Shown piece by piece: positions 18,386 through 28,877 of a DNA stretch of 64,000 nucleotides (the stretch's first letter is position 1; the number at the start of each line of letters is the position of its first letter). The DNA lies in NCBI GenBank assembly GCA_048887225.1, contig JBHLJY010000002.1:96001-160000 (forward strand). The letters are read 5' to 3'. The translations under genes were made by a program, and so were the position numbers. The notes beneath the pieces are model-generated. The model was not told where the DNA came from. It did no database searches and saw only the letters and a list, made by a program, of their open reading frames with translations. The stretch is from Candidatus Hodarchaeota archaeon. Lineage in GTDB: Archaea; Asgardarchaeota; Lokiarchaeia; Sigyniarchaeales; SOKP01.

Positions 18386-18778
18386 TTAATAGGCATCTAT
18401 TATTTTCTGGTAATATTTAGTCAAATTATCAAATACAATATCAATTTTAGATTCCTTCTCAATTAAGAATGCTAAAAAGTTTTTAGTATCACATTCAACA
18501 ATAACTATTGTCTGCTCTTCCAACTCAGCAATTATTTTGCCAATTTTATTGACACCAAAAGTCTTTCCTAAGCCTTCAGCACTTTCCAAAACTGAAGCGC
18601 ACATAGCCGCAAACTCATTATAATCAGCACCTTTACCAATATTTTCACTAATTAATCCTCCATCACGAGTTGAAAGTAAAACTCCTTTAAATTTGCCTAG
18701 TTCCTTCATCTCATCTAGAATTAGATTGATTTTTTCAAATTTCTGAGGATGTGATGGTTTGTCTTTACTCATTTTCAT
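18386..18778 (-). CDS. Roadblock/LC7 domain protein
   Basis: GVLLSTRDGGLI; FAAMCASVLESAE. Confidence 0.85.
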   Translation of the reverse strand: MKMSKDKPSHPQKFEKINLILDEMKELGKFKGVLLSTRDGGLISENIGKGADYNEFAAMCASVLESAEGLGKTFGVNKIGKIIAELEEQTIVIVECDTKNFLAFLIEKESKIDIVFDNLTKYYQKIIDAY

Positions 18779-18840
18779 CGAATTACTTCAAATTCCAATG
18801 ATTAATTAAATTAAAAATTAATTTAACTATTTTATTATAT

Positions 18841-20253
18841 ATGAATTCAATCCCTAAATTTGAAGAATTATTAGAAAACAGTAATAAAAATTTTATTAAA
18901 ACTGATCTTTTACCTTTCTTAAGAATCCCGAGTAACACTCTTAATAAAGAAGGGATAAACAAAGCAAAAAAATTTATTATATCTTATATATCAAGCTTTT
19001 CTGAAGAGATAAAAGAATATTCAGGCGAAATTAATCCTTTAATTCTCGCAAAAGTGAATGGTAAAATAAAAGAAAATTTGCTTGTTTACATGATGTACGA
19101 TACTCAACCAATTAATATAGAGAGCGAATGGTTAAGCGAACCTTTTGGAGCTGAAATAGTAAACCTTCCACCGCCATTAGATACTTTAGGAAAATGTATA
19201 ATTGCTCGAGGTGCTTATAATTCAAAAACTGCTTTATTATGTTTTTTAAATGTTATAAAAATATTGAAAGAAAATGATGCATTACCAATTTCATTATTAC
19301 TTCTTTTTGATGGTGAGGAAGAGAAAGGTTCACCTACTTTATTAAAATTTCTCGAAACTGAAAATCAAAAAGAGATTTTTGAAAAATGCATTGATGCCTA
19401 TTATCCATCAACAAAGCAAGATCTTAGTGGAAAATCGGTTTTAAAATTAGGATATAAAGGAATTTTATCGTTAACTATTATAGTTTCTTCTGAAAATAAA
19501 GAACCTCACTCAGCTTTTAGTGGAATGATTCCTAATCCTTCAATGGATTTGATTTCCTTGCTTAATACAATTTATTCTAATGGCAAATTTCATATTAACA
19601 CTCTAAAGAAAACTTACCGTCTTTCGGATGAAGAAAAATCAATTATAGATGATTTAATGACGAAATTAGATCTTGAGAAAATAAAAAAGAAAGCTGGAAT
19701 AATAAAGACACTTGTAGAGGATCCCAAACTGGCTTTTATTAATTATTTATTCAATCCTACTTTTAATATTTCAACGTTGAAATCCGGCTATTTGGAGGAA
19801 GGGGCGAAAAATTACGTTCCTAACAAAGCTATATGTAAAATAGATATTAGATTTGCCCATAATATTTCAGTTGATGAAATTTTTAAAGAAATAAAAGAAA
19901 AAGTCGAAAATTACGCTAAAGAATCTAAATCTCAAATTCAATTAATAAAAAATGTAGGATATGAAGGTTCGAGAGTTAATAAAAATTCAAATTTAGTTGT
20001 TAGTGAGATTGAAAGTTTAAAATTACTAGGCATTTCAACTGAAATTTGGCCATTAAGCGCTGCTGCTGCTCCTTTAAGTAAAATTCAAAAAGAAATAAAT
20101 TTAGAATTTATTAGTGGGGGTTTAGGCATTGGTGGTTTTGCTCATTCTCCAAATGAATTCATTCAATTAGATTCAATCATTAATACAAGATTATCTTTTT
20201 ATTATTTTTTAAAAATCTATTCAGAAAGAATTTTTATAAAAAAAGGTTTATAA
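18841..20253 (+). CDS. M20/M25/M40 family metallo-hydrolase (atypical ligands)
   Basis: YDTQP, ARGA, GEEEKGS, LGYKG and AHSPNE motifs. Confidence 0.85.
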   Translation: MNSIPKFEELLENSNKNFIKTDLLPFLRIPSNTLNKEGINKAKKFIISYISSFSEEIKEYSGEINPLILAKVNGKIKENLLVYMMYDTQPINIESEWLSEPFGAEIVNLPPPLDTLGKCIIARGAYNSKTALLCFLNVIKILKENDALPISLLLLFDGEEEKGSPTLLKFLETENQKEIFEKCIDAYYPSTKQDLSGKSVLKLGYKGILSLTIIVSSENKEPHSAFSGMIPNPSMDLISLLNTIYSNGKFHINTLKKTYRLSDEEKSIIDDLMTKLDLEKIKKKAGIIKTLVEDPKLAFINYLFNPTFNISTLKSGYLEEGAKNYVPNKAICKIDIRFAHNISVDEIFKEIKEKVENYAKESKSQIQLIKNVGYEGSRVNKNSNLVVSEIESLKLLGISTEIWPLSAAAAPLSKIQKEINLEFISGGLGIGGFAHSPNEFIQLDSIINTRLSFYYFLKIYSERIFIKKGL

Positions 20254-20580
20254 ATCAATTATTATAACCAAATTTTATGCTATAAGGTTATAACTTCCCC
20301 AAATCAAAATATGAAGCATAAAAATAGAAATCATAAAAAAATAGCACAAGAAAAAGCCCGAAGAAAATGGTAATTCATCCATTTTCCCGGCAAAACCTCA
20401 CCCTGCTCTCTCTCACTTTTTCAGAAGTTGGAAAGACCTTTATGTTAATTCTAGATACCTTAATATTTAATATAAGATATAGTGCTCTATACTTTTTTGA
20501 CTAAAAAGTTTAAAAATGAGAATAACAATTCATATATTATCCTATTAATATAAGAATATACCCATTTCACCATTTTTATT

Positions 20581-21114
20581 ATGCAAGACGCTTTGTTTAA
20601 AATATGTATTTTTGGAGACGGAGGCGCAGGAAAAACATCTTTGGTCAATAGATATTTAACTGGGATTTTTAGAAGTAATTCAAGGATGACGATTGGAGTT
20701 GACTTTCTATTAAAAAATTTAGAAATAGAGGGTAAAAAAGTAGTGCTTCAAATCTGGGATTTTGCAGGTGAGGAACGATTCCGTTTCATTTTACCAAGTT
20801 ACGTTAAAGGTTCGTCTGGTGGTATATTTATGTTCGATATAACAAGGAATACTAGTTTAGGAAACTTACCTGACTGGCTTGAAGTGTTTTACGAGGGTAT
20901 TAAAGACAGTATTCAACAGGTTCCTATTCTTATGGTGGGGGGAAAATTAGATCTTCACGATAGACGATCTGTTTATAGTATAGATGCAATTGATATGGCA
21001 AAAAAATATGATCTTTACGATTATATTGAATGTTCAGCAAAAACTGGTGAAAATGTGGAAATAATTTTTTATAAAATAGCTCGGAATCTAACTGAAATGG
21101 CAGGATTACTTTAA
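20581..21114 (+). CDS. Rab-like small GTPase (Asgard type)
   Basis: G1 GDGGAGKT, G2 TIGVDF, G3 WDFAGEERF, G4 GKLD, G5 CSAK; no C-terminal Cys. Confidence 0.95.
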   Translation: MQDALFKICIFGDGGAGKTSLVNRYLTGIFRSNSRMTIGVDFLLKNLEIEGKKVVLQIWDFAGEERFRFILPSYVKGSSGGIFMFDITRNTSLGNLPDWLEVFYEGIKDSIQQVPILMVGGKLDLHDRRSVYSIDAIDMAKKYDLYDYIECSAKTGENVEIIFYKIARNLTEMAGLL

Positions 21115-21880
21115 CTAATTGATTAGTTAGTTGAAATACTGAATTGGGAATTTATGAAATCCTATTTACTTCTAAAAAAATTTTTCCTTATAATATTAAC
21201 GAATATTTTAATAAAATTAATATTCTTTTGATTTTTTAAATAATATTATTTTCTCAAAATATGTTAATCTTTAAAATAATACCTAAAAACTATTCATTCG
21301 TTTCAGTAATAATGAGTTGAAAAAAACGAAATAGAAGAATATTCGCATATTTGTCGGCGATTATGATTTTAACCGATTAGATCAATACTCTTAAATAAAG
21401 GATTAATTAAGCGAATCCGCAAGTAATCAAATAATATCATAAAAAATATTCTAGAAATTAAATTATATGAAAAATCATTATTTAAAGAATGCTGTTAATG
21501 AGATAACAATATTTGCTTGTTAATATGCTCTATATAACAAGTGATTAATAAAACATATCAATTCATTAATAATGGGCATCAATTCCCATTTTTTGTGGTT
21601 AAAATCTTTGTTTCTGCTTATTTCAATGGTTAGATTGAAAGAAATCGTTAAGAATTGAAAGTAAAAAATACTATTAAATACCCAAATAGATTTTGTGAAA
21701 AAATAATCTTCTAAACAAATTATTTAAGAGTTTTTTCTCAAATTTAGAATCAATTAGTGGATAAGGGACATATCCGTTTTATTAGCTAATATGATTATAG
21801 CCAAAGTATATATTATAATTCATTAAAGATAATTTTTTAATAGAAAAATCTATATTTTAATAAAAAGCCACCTAAAAAAT

Positions 21881-23731
21881 TTGCTTATCGAAATGAACGA
21901 GTCTTTGATGCCAGAAAAAATATATAAATATCTTTTAAGCAATAAAATGACAAAAAGGGAAGCTGCCGAACATATAATATCATTAATCGAAAATAATGAC
22001 GAGGTAGATATTCGAATTAAGTGCATAGAAGCGTTTGAAAAAATCGATTTTAGGAGTGAAAAAATATTTAAAATATTAGAAAATTCTTTGATCTCAGACG
22101 AAAATCCATTAGTTAGAGCTTCCGCCGCCCAATTAATGATTAAGTTTTTCTTAAAAAAGAGTGAGATTCCGTTAAAATGGGCAATTCAACAAGATAAATC
22201 ACCAATCGTTTTTGTAACAATTTACGAATTATTAAAGAAACACGAAAATATTTATGTAGAAAATTTAAAGAAAGATACAGTTAAAAAATTAGAAAATTAC
22301 GTTCGAAAATATATTAACTGTGGCATAAAATCCCAAGAAGCCCTAATATTGGGCTTATTGGAAATCCTTACTGGAACTAAGTTAAATATGAGGAATGTTG
22401 ACGAAAGTCTATGGGACGGCTGCGAATACGATTCAGTTTACAAAATGAACAATAGTGGAAATGTTATTCTAATAGAAATTAAAGATATACATGGTATGCG
22501 TGAAAAATATCCCATTTCAATGATACCTGAGCAGATAGGTTCATTAACATCACTTGAAACACTATTAATTTTGGAAAATAAAATCAAATCTATTCCAGAA
22601 TCAATAGGGTCGCTCCATTCGCTTAAAAAATTGAATTTAAACTGGAATCTTATAAATACTCTTCCTAAATCAATTGGTTCAATAGGATCGCTTAAAATTT
22701 TAGAATTAAGAAGTAATAGACTCGAAGCAATACCTGAAGAAATAGGATTATTAAAGACGCTAGAAAAATTAGATTTAAGTAAAAATCAAATTCAAACACT
22801 AATAAAAACAATAGGTTCGCTTACTTCCCTTAAACATTTAGATTTGAGCCATAATAATATCCAATCAATACCAGAATCAGTAAGATTCCTTACTTCCCTT
22901 AAACGTTTAGATTTAAGCTATAATGATATAAATTCAATTCCAGATTCAATAGGGTCGCTATTATCGCTTGAAAATTTAAATCTGAGCCATAATAAAATAA
23001 CTACTATCCCAAATTCAATAGGTTCGGTTTTATTCCTAAAAAAACTAAATTTAAGCCATAACAAAATTCAATTAATACCAACTTCTATAAAATCACTTAA
23101 TTCCCTTGAATATTTAGATTTAAGTCATAATGCGATTCGAGATATTCCTAAATCAATTGGAAATCTTAATTCTTTGAAAAGCTTATTTTTAGACTCAAAT
23201 AATATTGAGAAAGTTCCAAACTCAATAGGTAATATAACTTCTATTGAAAGACTTTTTTTAAATGATAATAAAATTAAGGAAATTCCTGAATCAATAAGTT
23301 TGCTTACATCACTAAAAATTTTAAATTTAAGCGATAATACCATCGAGAGAATCCCAGAAGTGATGAGTTCACTTAAATCACTCGACAATTTATATCTAAA
23401 CAATAATAATATTCGAGAAATTCCTGAATCAATGATAACACTCAATTCTCTTAAAGTTTTAGAATTAAATAATAATAAGATTAGAATTTTACCAGAATGG
23501 TTAGGAGTGTTAAATAAACTCTTTCGTGTAGACTTAAGGGGGAATCTTGTTCAAGAAATTCCCTTTTCTCTAAAAGATTACTTTAAAAAAAAATTTGACC
23601 TATTGAGTCCACGCCCATATATTATGCTTACTGAATCTCTGGGAAATGAAAATTTTTTAAACTTGCCTGTGTTATGTGTTGATAAAAAAGGAAAGTACGT
23701 ACGTAAATTTAAATCCTATAAAATCGCTTAA
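21881..23731 (+). CDS. HEAT-repeat plus leucine-rich-repeat protein
   Basis: N-terminal LENSLISDENPLVRASAA, then about 15 23-aa LxxLxLxxNxIxxIPxSIG repeats. Confidence 0.93.
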   Translation: MLIEMNESLMPEKIYKYLLSNKMTKREAAEHIISLIENNDEVDIRIKCIEAFEKIDFRSEKIFKILENSLISDENPLVRASAAQLMIKFFLKKSEIPLKWAIQQDKSPIVFVTIYELLKKHENIYVENLKKDTVKKLENYVRKYINCGIKSQEALILGLLEILTGTKLNMRNVDESLWDGCEYDSVYKMNNSGNVILIEIKDIHGMREKYPISMIPEQIGSLTSLETLLILENKIKSIPESIGSLHSLKKLNLNWNLINTLPKSIGSIGSLKILELRSNRLEAIPEEIGLLKTLEKLDLSKNQIQTLIKTIGSLTSLKHLDLSHNNIQSIPESVRFLTSLKRLDLSYNDINSIPDSIGSLLSLENLNLSHNKITTIPNSIGSVLFLKKLNLSHNKIQLIPTSIKSLNSLEYLDLSHNAIRDIPKSIGNLNSLKSLFLDSNNIEKVPNSIGNITSIERLFLNDNKIKEIPESISLLTSLKILNLSDNTIERIPEVMSSLKSLDNLYLNNNNIREIPESMITLNSLKVLELNNNKIRILPEWLGVLNKLFRVDLRGNLVQEIPFSLKDYFKKKFDLLSPRPYIMLTESLGNENFLNLPVLCVDKKGKYVRKFKSYKIA

Positions 23732-23774
23732 AAAATTATGATTTTGAACATTTCAGGGAAAAATTTTTAAGATT

Positions 23775-24632
23775 TTACTCCTTAGAGAAGATCTCATCTA
23801 ATGAATTGATAACCAAATCGGGAATAATATTTTTATTTTCAAGATTCTGCCCTTTTGTTTTATGTTTTGAATTTTCAATCAGTTCCCTAGTTGTTACGCC
23901 AGTTAAGACAGCAATCGTTGTTATTCCAGCGCGATTTCCAGCTAAAATATCTGTATTTAATCGATCTCCAAAAATACAGGATTTTTGCGCTGGGATTTTT
24001 GACTCCTTCAAAATCAATTCTATGCCTGTCGGCTCAGGTTTTCCAAAAATTTTAACTGGTTTTTGACTAGTACACGTTTCTACAGCATTCACCATAACGC
24101 CAGCTCCAGGCTTAAGTCCCCTCGCAACAGGCAACGTAGCATCCGCGTTCGTAGCGTAAAATTGCGCATTACCCTCCAAAATGCATTTTTGAGCAATTTC
24201 TAATTTTTTATAATGAAAATCTCTATCAAGTCCAACGATTACGAAATCTATATCGTCATATTTAGATGGTTCCGTTACAATTTTATGGCCTAATGATTTT
24301 AATTCTTCTCGCAATCCACTTTCTCCGATAACAAAAATATCTGCATTTTTCTTTATTTCTGTTATTTCAGCCGAAGTTATTGAAGCGCTAGTATAAAAGT
24401 CAGAAATTTCACTTGGTATGTTAAATCTCTTTAATCTCTCAATATACTTCTGACGTGTATTTGTTGAATTATTTGAATTATAGACTACTTTAATGGAGAG
24501 ATCTTTTAAATCTTGAATAACTTTATCAGCATTTGGAATTAAGGCATCACCTCTGTAGATTACGCCATCCAAGTCAAAAATCGCTAATTTAATATCTTTT
24601 AATTCCTCGATTAATTCTCTCATTATAAACAT
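23775..24632 (-). CDS. HAD-IIA family hydrolase (NagD-like)
   Basis: FDLDGVIY, SNNS, GKP and GDRLNTDI motifs. Confidence 0.93.
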   Translation of the reverse strand: MFIMRELIEELKDIKLAIFDLDGVIYRGDALIPNADKVIQDLKDLSIKVVYNSNNSTNTRQKYIERLKRFNIPSEISDFYTSASITSAEITEIKKNADIFVIGESGLREELKSLGHKIVTEPSKYDDIDFVIVGLDRDFHYKKLEIAQKCILEGNAQFYATNADATLPVARGLKPGAGVMVNAVETCTSQKPVKIFGKPEPTGIELILKESKIPAQKSCIFGDRLNTDILAGNRAGITTIAVLTGVTTRELIENSKHKTKGQNLENKNIIPDLVINSLDEIFSKE

Positions 24633-24643
24633 CTATAATGTAT

Positions 24644-25798
24644 TTAAAACCATCCAATAGGAAAGCCTAATAATATCATACTTACCGCAATACCAATTGT
24701 AATAAAGATTGGGTTTAAAAGATTATCTGCAATAATCGTTGGAAAGAAATCTAATATAAAAAAGATTAAAGCTGCAATTAACGCGTAGACTGGACCAAGA
24801 ACTATCAAAGCTATTAAAAATGCGCTCCCCGTCCCTGCTATAAAACCCTCAATAGATTTTATTTCGCCACCTATACATTTAACTTCATGTTTACCATATT
24901 TTCGCCCAATTAAGGCAGCAAGGGCGTCTGAAAAACATGATATTAGTATTGCAGCAACCACGATTAATATATGAACTATTCCTATAAAGTAAAGCATATA
25001 AGAAAAAATAAAACCACTTATTAAATATATATGTGCTGCGAAAGCGTTGTATTCCTTATCTCTGAGAACTGCCTTTGTTAAAAAATTAAAAATCGAGTAT
25101 TCTGGACCCCATAGAATCCTAATAATATCGCTTATAATAGCAAAAAACAAAGCTCCAATTAGGGCAAAAAACGTAAGATCAACAACAGCTTGAAAATCTC
25201 CTTTAGAATAAGGGTAATCGTTAATATCTCCCCATATAATATTGTAAAACCATTCGGTTTCATTAATAAATACAATAATAGTATCGTTAATTATTCGAGT
25301 AACAGGAAAAAGAAAGAAAAAACCAAAATAAGCCAATATAAATCCAAAACCAGCTAAATGGAAGCTTTTTCTAACTGTTTCCATTTTAACAGAAATATTT
25401 TCTTTATATGGATTTTCTTGAGTCATAAGTGCAACAAATTTTCTAAATCTTGAAATTTTTAAATTCTTAGAATTAGGCTCTTCTCGATTCATTTGTTTAA
25501 TTATTTGTTTAATTATTGAAGCAAAACTAATGAAAATGATTAAAATTATTCCAATCCACCATATCATGAAACCATTGTAAGGATAAGGAAAAAACCAAAA
25601 AAATAGATTATATAATCCAAAAATTATAAAAAAGATTCCACATATAATTGTTGAACTCCCACCATAATGATTTTTTGCTTTATAACCTTTTATAGATATA
25701 TAAAACATGAAAAAAGCGAGGAGAAAGAAAAACAGTGAAAATATTGTATTATATATAATAGCTACAATATCCCAATTTATAATTGTAATAATTAACAA
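24644..25798 (-). CDS. CTP-dependent lipid kinase family (dolichol/phytol/Dgk1-like) membrane protein
   Basis: RKSFH, DALAALIGRKYG, KSIEGFIAG and DNL motifs. Confidence 0.8.
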   Translation of the reverse strand: MLIITIINWDIVAIIYNTIFSLFFFLLAFFMFYISIKGYKAKNHYGGSSTIICGIFFIIFGLYNLFFWFFPYPYNGFMIWWIGIILIIFISFASIIKQIIKQMNREEPNSKNLKISRFRKFVALMTQENPYKENISVKMETVRKSFHLAGFGFILAYFGFFFLFPVTRIINDTIIVFINETEWFYNIIWGDINDYPYSKGDFQAVVDLTFFALIGALFFAIISDIIRILWGPEYSIFNFLTKAVLRDKEYNAFAAHIYLISGFIFSYMLYFIGIVHILIVVAAILISCFSDALAALIGRKYGKHEVKCIGGEIKSIEGFIAGTGSAFLIALIVLGPVYALIAALIFFILDFFPTIIADNLLNPIFITIGIAVSMILLGFPIGWF

Positions 25799-25858
25799 AC
25801 CAAATATAGTATTATATTTTTTCTATTGATTAAATTTTGATTTTTCTTAAATTTTAAT

Positions 25859-27097
25859 TTAAATCCATTTTATAAGTGATGAACAACCAATACCTTCACT
25901 TTGTTCAACCCTACCTAAAATCTTAAAGGTTGCTCCTTCTCTTCCGCATTCTGGACACTTATTTCTGGTTACCAATTCTACGTGATCATCTACAATCACC
26001 GCATGCTTTACGGACGCATTACTTCCGAAAGGAGTTAATACCTCTAAAAAACCCCTATCTCCATCTTTTTTCATAGGTTCTAAACTCTTAATATCTCTTA
26101 TTATTATTCTAGAATATTGTGGGCAATGAAACACAAAATCTTCTTGTTTATCGGACCAATGACTACCAAAAACAATTGGGCATTCTGTAAAACCAAATAT
26201 ATCAATCACTCTATCCCTCTCAAGTCCAAATAATTCAGCTATATTAGACACAAATTCTAATTTATTAATGGGATCATATTTCAACATTGCTTTATGACCA
26301 TCCCAGCCTCCACCACCCACAACTACATCAAGCTCGTTTCCTAAATTGTAAGTTATATCTTTTTCTCTTAAAAAATCCATGAATTTAGTTATTAAATAAT
26401 TACTTCCACCTATTCCAAAGTTATACCTTTCATCTTCTGGTTTTTTTAAATTTTTATTTATGGTTTTTATAAGATAACTTTGTTTAATATAAAATCCCCC
26501 TACAATACTATGTGTCTTTATGATCGCCTGTAGTGCTTTTAAAATTGAAAAAGTAAATAGATATTTAACTTTAGTCATTTCTTCCGAGACTTTATAATAA
26601 TTACCACTATATGCACGCACGGGTCTTTCTTTGGTAAATCTTGTGCAGAATCTATCCAGCATTTTTGCACTCGGAGAAAAAAGAAATACTTTTGCATTAT
26701 CCCAATCTCTAGGAATAAAGTCTAAAAAGCATTTTCTTGACATTTCGTGGAGAAAATCTATATCATTTTCATTAATTCCAACAAGAGACGGATCACCACT
26801 AGTAGTAGATGAACAATTCCAGTGCAGGACCTCGTTTACTGGAATTTTTAATAATTTTTTATACAAATTCGCGCTTTGTTTATAGAAAGTTGTTGAAATA
26901 AATGGAATTGCTGCTAAGTCATCAATGTTATTTAAATCATCTACATTAAAACCTGTGTTATCAATCATATCACTGTAGAAATTATTATTTTCTATATTTT
27001 CGGTGATTATTTCTCTCATTAATTCGATAAACTCAGTATCCTTATAATCTTTTTCAAGTGTTTGTTGAATTATAGATTTTGTTTCACTTTCAGACAG
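25859..27097 (-). CDS. LuxE-like acyl-protein synthetase (probable CTG start at 27097; ORF track ATG at 27019)
   Basis: SSTTSGDPS, GGGWDG, DIFGFTE, FKILGR..SEGIGCS. The frame stays open upstream to a CTG preceded by GGGGA. Confidence 0.85.
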   Translation of the reverse strand: MSESETKSIIQQTLEKDYKDTEFIELMREIITENIENNNFYSDMIDNTGFNVDDLNNIDDLAAIPFISTTFYKQSANLYKKLLKIPVNEVLHWNCSSTTSGDPSLVGINENDIDFLHEMSRKCFLDFIPRDWDNAKVFLFSPSAKMLDRFCTRFTKERPVRAYSGNYYKVSEEMTKVKYLFTFSILKALQAIIKTHSIVGGFYIKQSYLIKTINKNLKKPEDERYNFGIGGSNYLITKFMDFLREKDITYNLGNELDVVVGGGGWDGHKAMLKYDPINKLEFVSNIAELFGLERDRVIDIFGFTECPIVFGSHWSDKQEDFVFHCPQYSRIIIRDIKSLEPMKKDGDRGFLEVLTPFGSNASVKHAVIVDDHVELVTRNKCPECGREGATFKILGRVEQSEGIGCSSLIKWI

Positions 27098-27252
27098 CGA
27101 CGTTTCCCCATTTGATTAATTTTAAATAATAATAAGAATATTCTCTCTATATTATATTATTCATCAGATATCATAATAAATATATTTTATTAAATAGGTT
27201 AGATAAAAATAATTTAATTTAATATGAATTTAAATTAATATAAGTTGATAAA

Positions 27253-28050
27253 ATGAACGCCAAAACAAAAAATTGGATTGTTTATGGTTTTCAGCTTCAG
27301 TTTTTTGTTGCATTGACGATTATCACTATTTTTATTGAATTTATATGGCTATTCGAAGGTTTAATTCATCAGAATCTTTCCGATTCGGATCCACCTAGTA
27401 GAACGGCTGTGCCCTCTGTTCAAGAAGTTGTTTTTTCAATATCGTTTGTAACATTTATGATACTGAATCTTGGCATGGCTAGCATTTCGTTGTATGGCTT
27501 TATTTTTATACTTAATGTCCTTAATTCAAATCCAGCAAAAACAGCCCCAGTTTGTGCCTTAGCGATCGATTTTGCTTTGGTAAATTTATTTCTTTATCAT
27601 TTTTCTCTTTATAAAGAGCGCTATTTTAATTACATTGCTCCATTTTTTCCATTTTCTATTTATTTTCATATTCCAAGCCTTATCTCTCAAATTTCTGAAA
27701 TTTTATTGATAATTGCCTTTTTTACCATTTTCCTAAATCTTCAGTTTGGGATTGAAGGTATATATAAATCACGCATACTTAAGACTAATAAATTGACTGA
27801 TTTTATTCACATTTTATTAATCATAAACGGAATTCTTCCAATTCTCGTTATTTATATTTATATCGATATGAATATCCTCAAAACTAATCTTATAGGGATC
27901 ATTTTTAGCCTGATTGTTGCCCTCTTATTAATTGGCTTCTTTAACTTTGTGCTGCGTAAAAATAAGATTAGGTATCCAATCGAAGCCATCGCTATCTGGC
28001 GTCACGGTAAGGTAATTACTAAAAAAGGAAAGGAAAAAAAAATTAAGTGA
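27253..28050 (+). CDS. Hypothetical multi-pass membrane protein
   Basis: About 6 hydrophobic segments. Confidence 0.7.
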   Translation: MNAKTKNWIVYGFQLQFFVALTIITIFIEFIWLFEGLIHQNLSDSDPPSRTAVPSVQEVVFSISFVTFMILNLGMASISLYGFIFILNVLNSNPAKTAPVCALAIDFALVNLFLYHFSLYKERYFNYIAPFFPFSIYFHIPSLISQISEILLIIAFFTIFLNLQFGIEGIYKSRILKTNKLTDFIHILLIINGILPILVIYIYIDMNILKTNLIGIIFSLIVALLLIGFFNFVLRKNKIRYPIEAIAIWRHGKVITKKGKEKKIK

Positions 28051-28367
28051 AAAACTAATTTTAATTATATGGATATATTAATAATCTCTCTCACGCAGCA
28101 AATAAATGCAAAAATTAAACCCGAAAATATAAAAACGATGATTGACACTACAAAAATATTTTAATTAACGAATAGAGAAATTAAATTTTGTAAATCAAAA
28201 GAAAAACATTTAAAACTTTATATAGAACTAAAATTTTAATTTATTATATTTGAAAAGAAAAAAAATAAATATAATTAAACTAAGATAATTATAACTAAAG
28301 TTATAACTTCATTCCAATCTAATTAAATTTTTCAATTTTAATCACATTTTTGGTGTAATTATTTCGT

Positions 28368-28736
28368 ATGGAGTCAACTCCCGAAACCTTGGATGTTATA
28401 CTTAAAAAATTATTATCTGCTATTCCAGAAGTAAAAGCTGCTGCAATTGTTTCTGTTGAGGGGTTACCTATCGCCTCAGCTTTGCCACAAGGCATAGATG
28501 AGACTCGAATCGCCGCAATGACAGCCGCTCTTTTATCTCTTGCCGAGCGAGCGATACAAGAGATGAGAAAAGGGGATTTTGAACAAGTATATGTAAAAGG
28601 CACAGATGGGTATTTATTAGTGTTAGCAGCTGGTCAAAATGCAGTATTAACAGTTTCAACGACGAAAGACGTTAGGCTTGGTTTAATCTTTTTAGATTGT
28701 AAGAGAACATGTGATAAAATCGCAAAACTCATATAA
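28368..28736 (+). CDS. Roadblock/LC7 domain protein
   Basis: AAAIVSVEGLPIASALP; IAAMTAALLSLAER; LGLIFLD. Confidence 0.93.
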   Translation: MESTPETLDVILKKLLSAIPEVKAAAIVSVEGLPIASALPQGIDETRIAAMTAALLSLAERAIQEMRKGDFEQVYVKGTDGYLLVLAAGQNAVLTVSTTKDVRLGLIFLDCKRTCDKIAKLI

Positions 28737-28877
28737 ACCGTTTTATTTAACTTTTAAAATATTAACACAATACCACAAACTATTAATTTTTTGGTATATT
28801 TATTATATTAATCTAAATTCTATTAAATAAGTCTAAACTTCCCAAACTCTGATTAGAATGGTCATATCGGTGGTCTA

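Noticed and set aside
20311-20373. Basic 20-aa ORF MKHKNRNHKKIAQEKARRKW, eL41-like
   Set aside because: It lacks the eL41 pattern and has no clear RBS; A-rich DNA gives such peptides by chance.
20356-20391. SECIS element / selenoprotein
   Set aside because: No AUGA/GA core, and I saw no neighbouring gene with an in-frame TGA at a Cys position.
20581-23731. Split Roco (LRR-Roc-COR) system
   Set aside because: No COR domain, the GTPase is Rab-like, and the genes are 766 bp apart.
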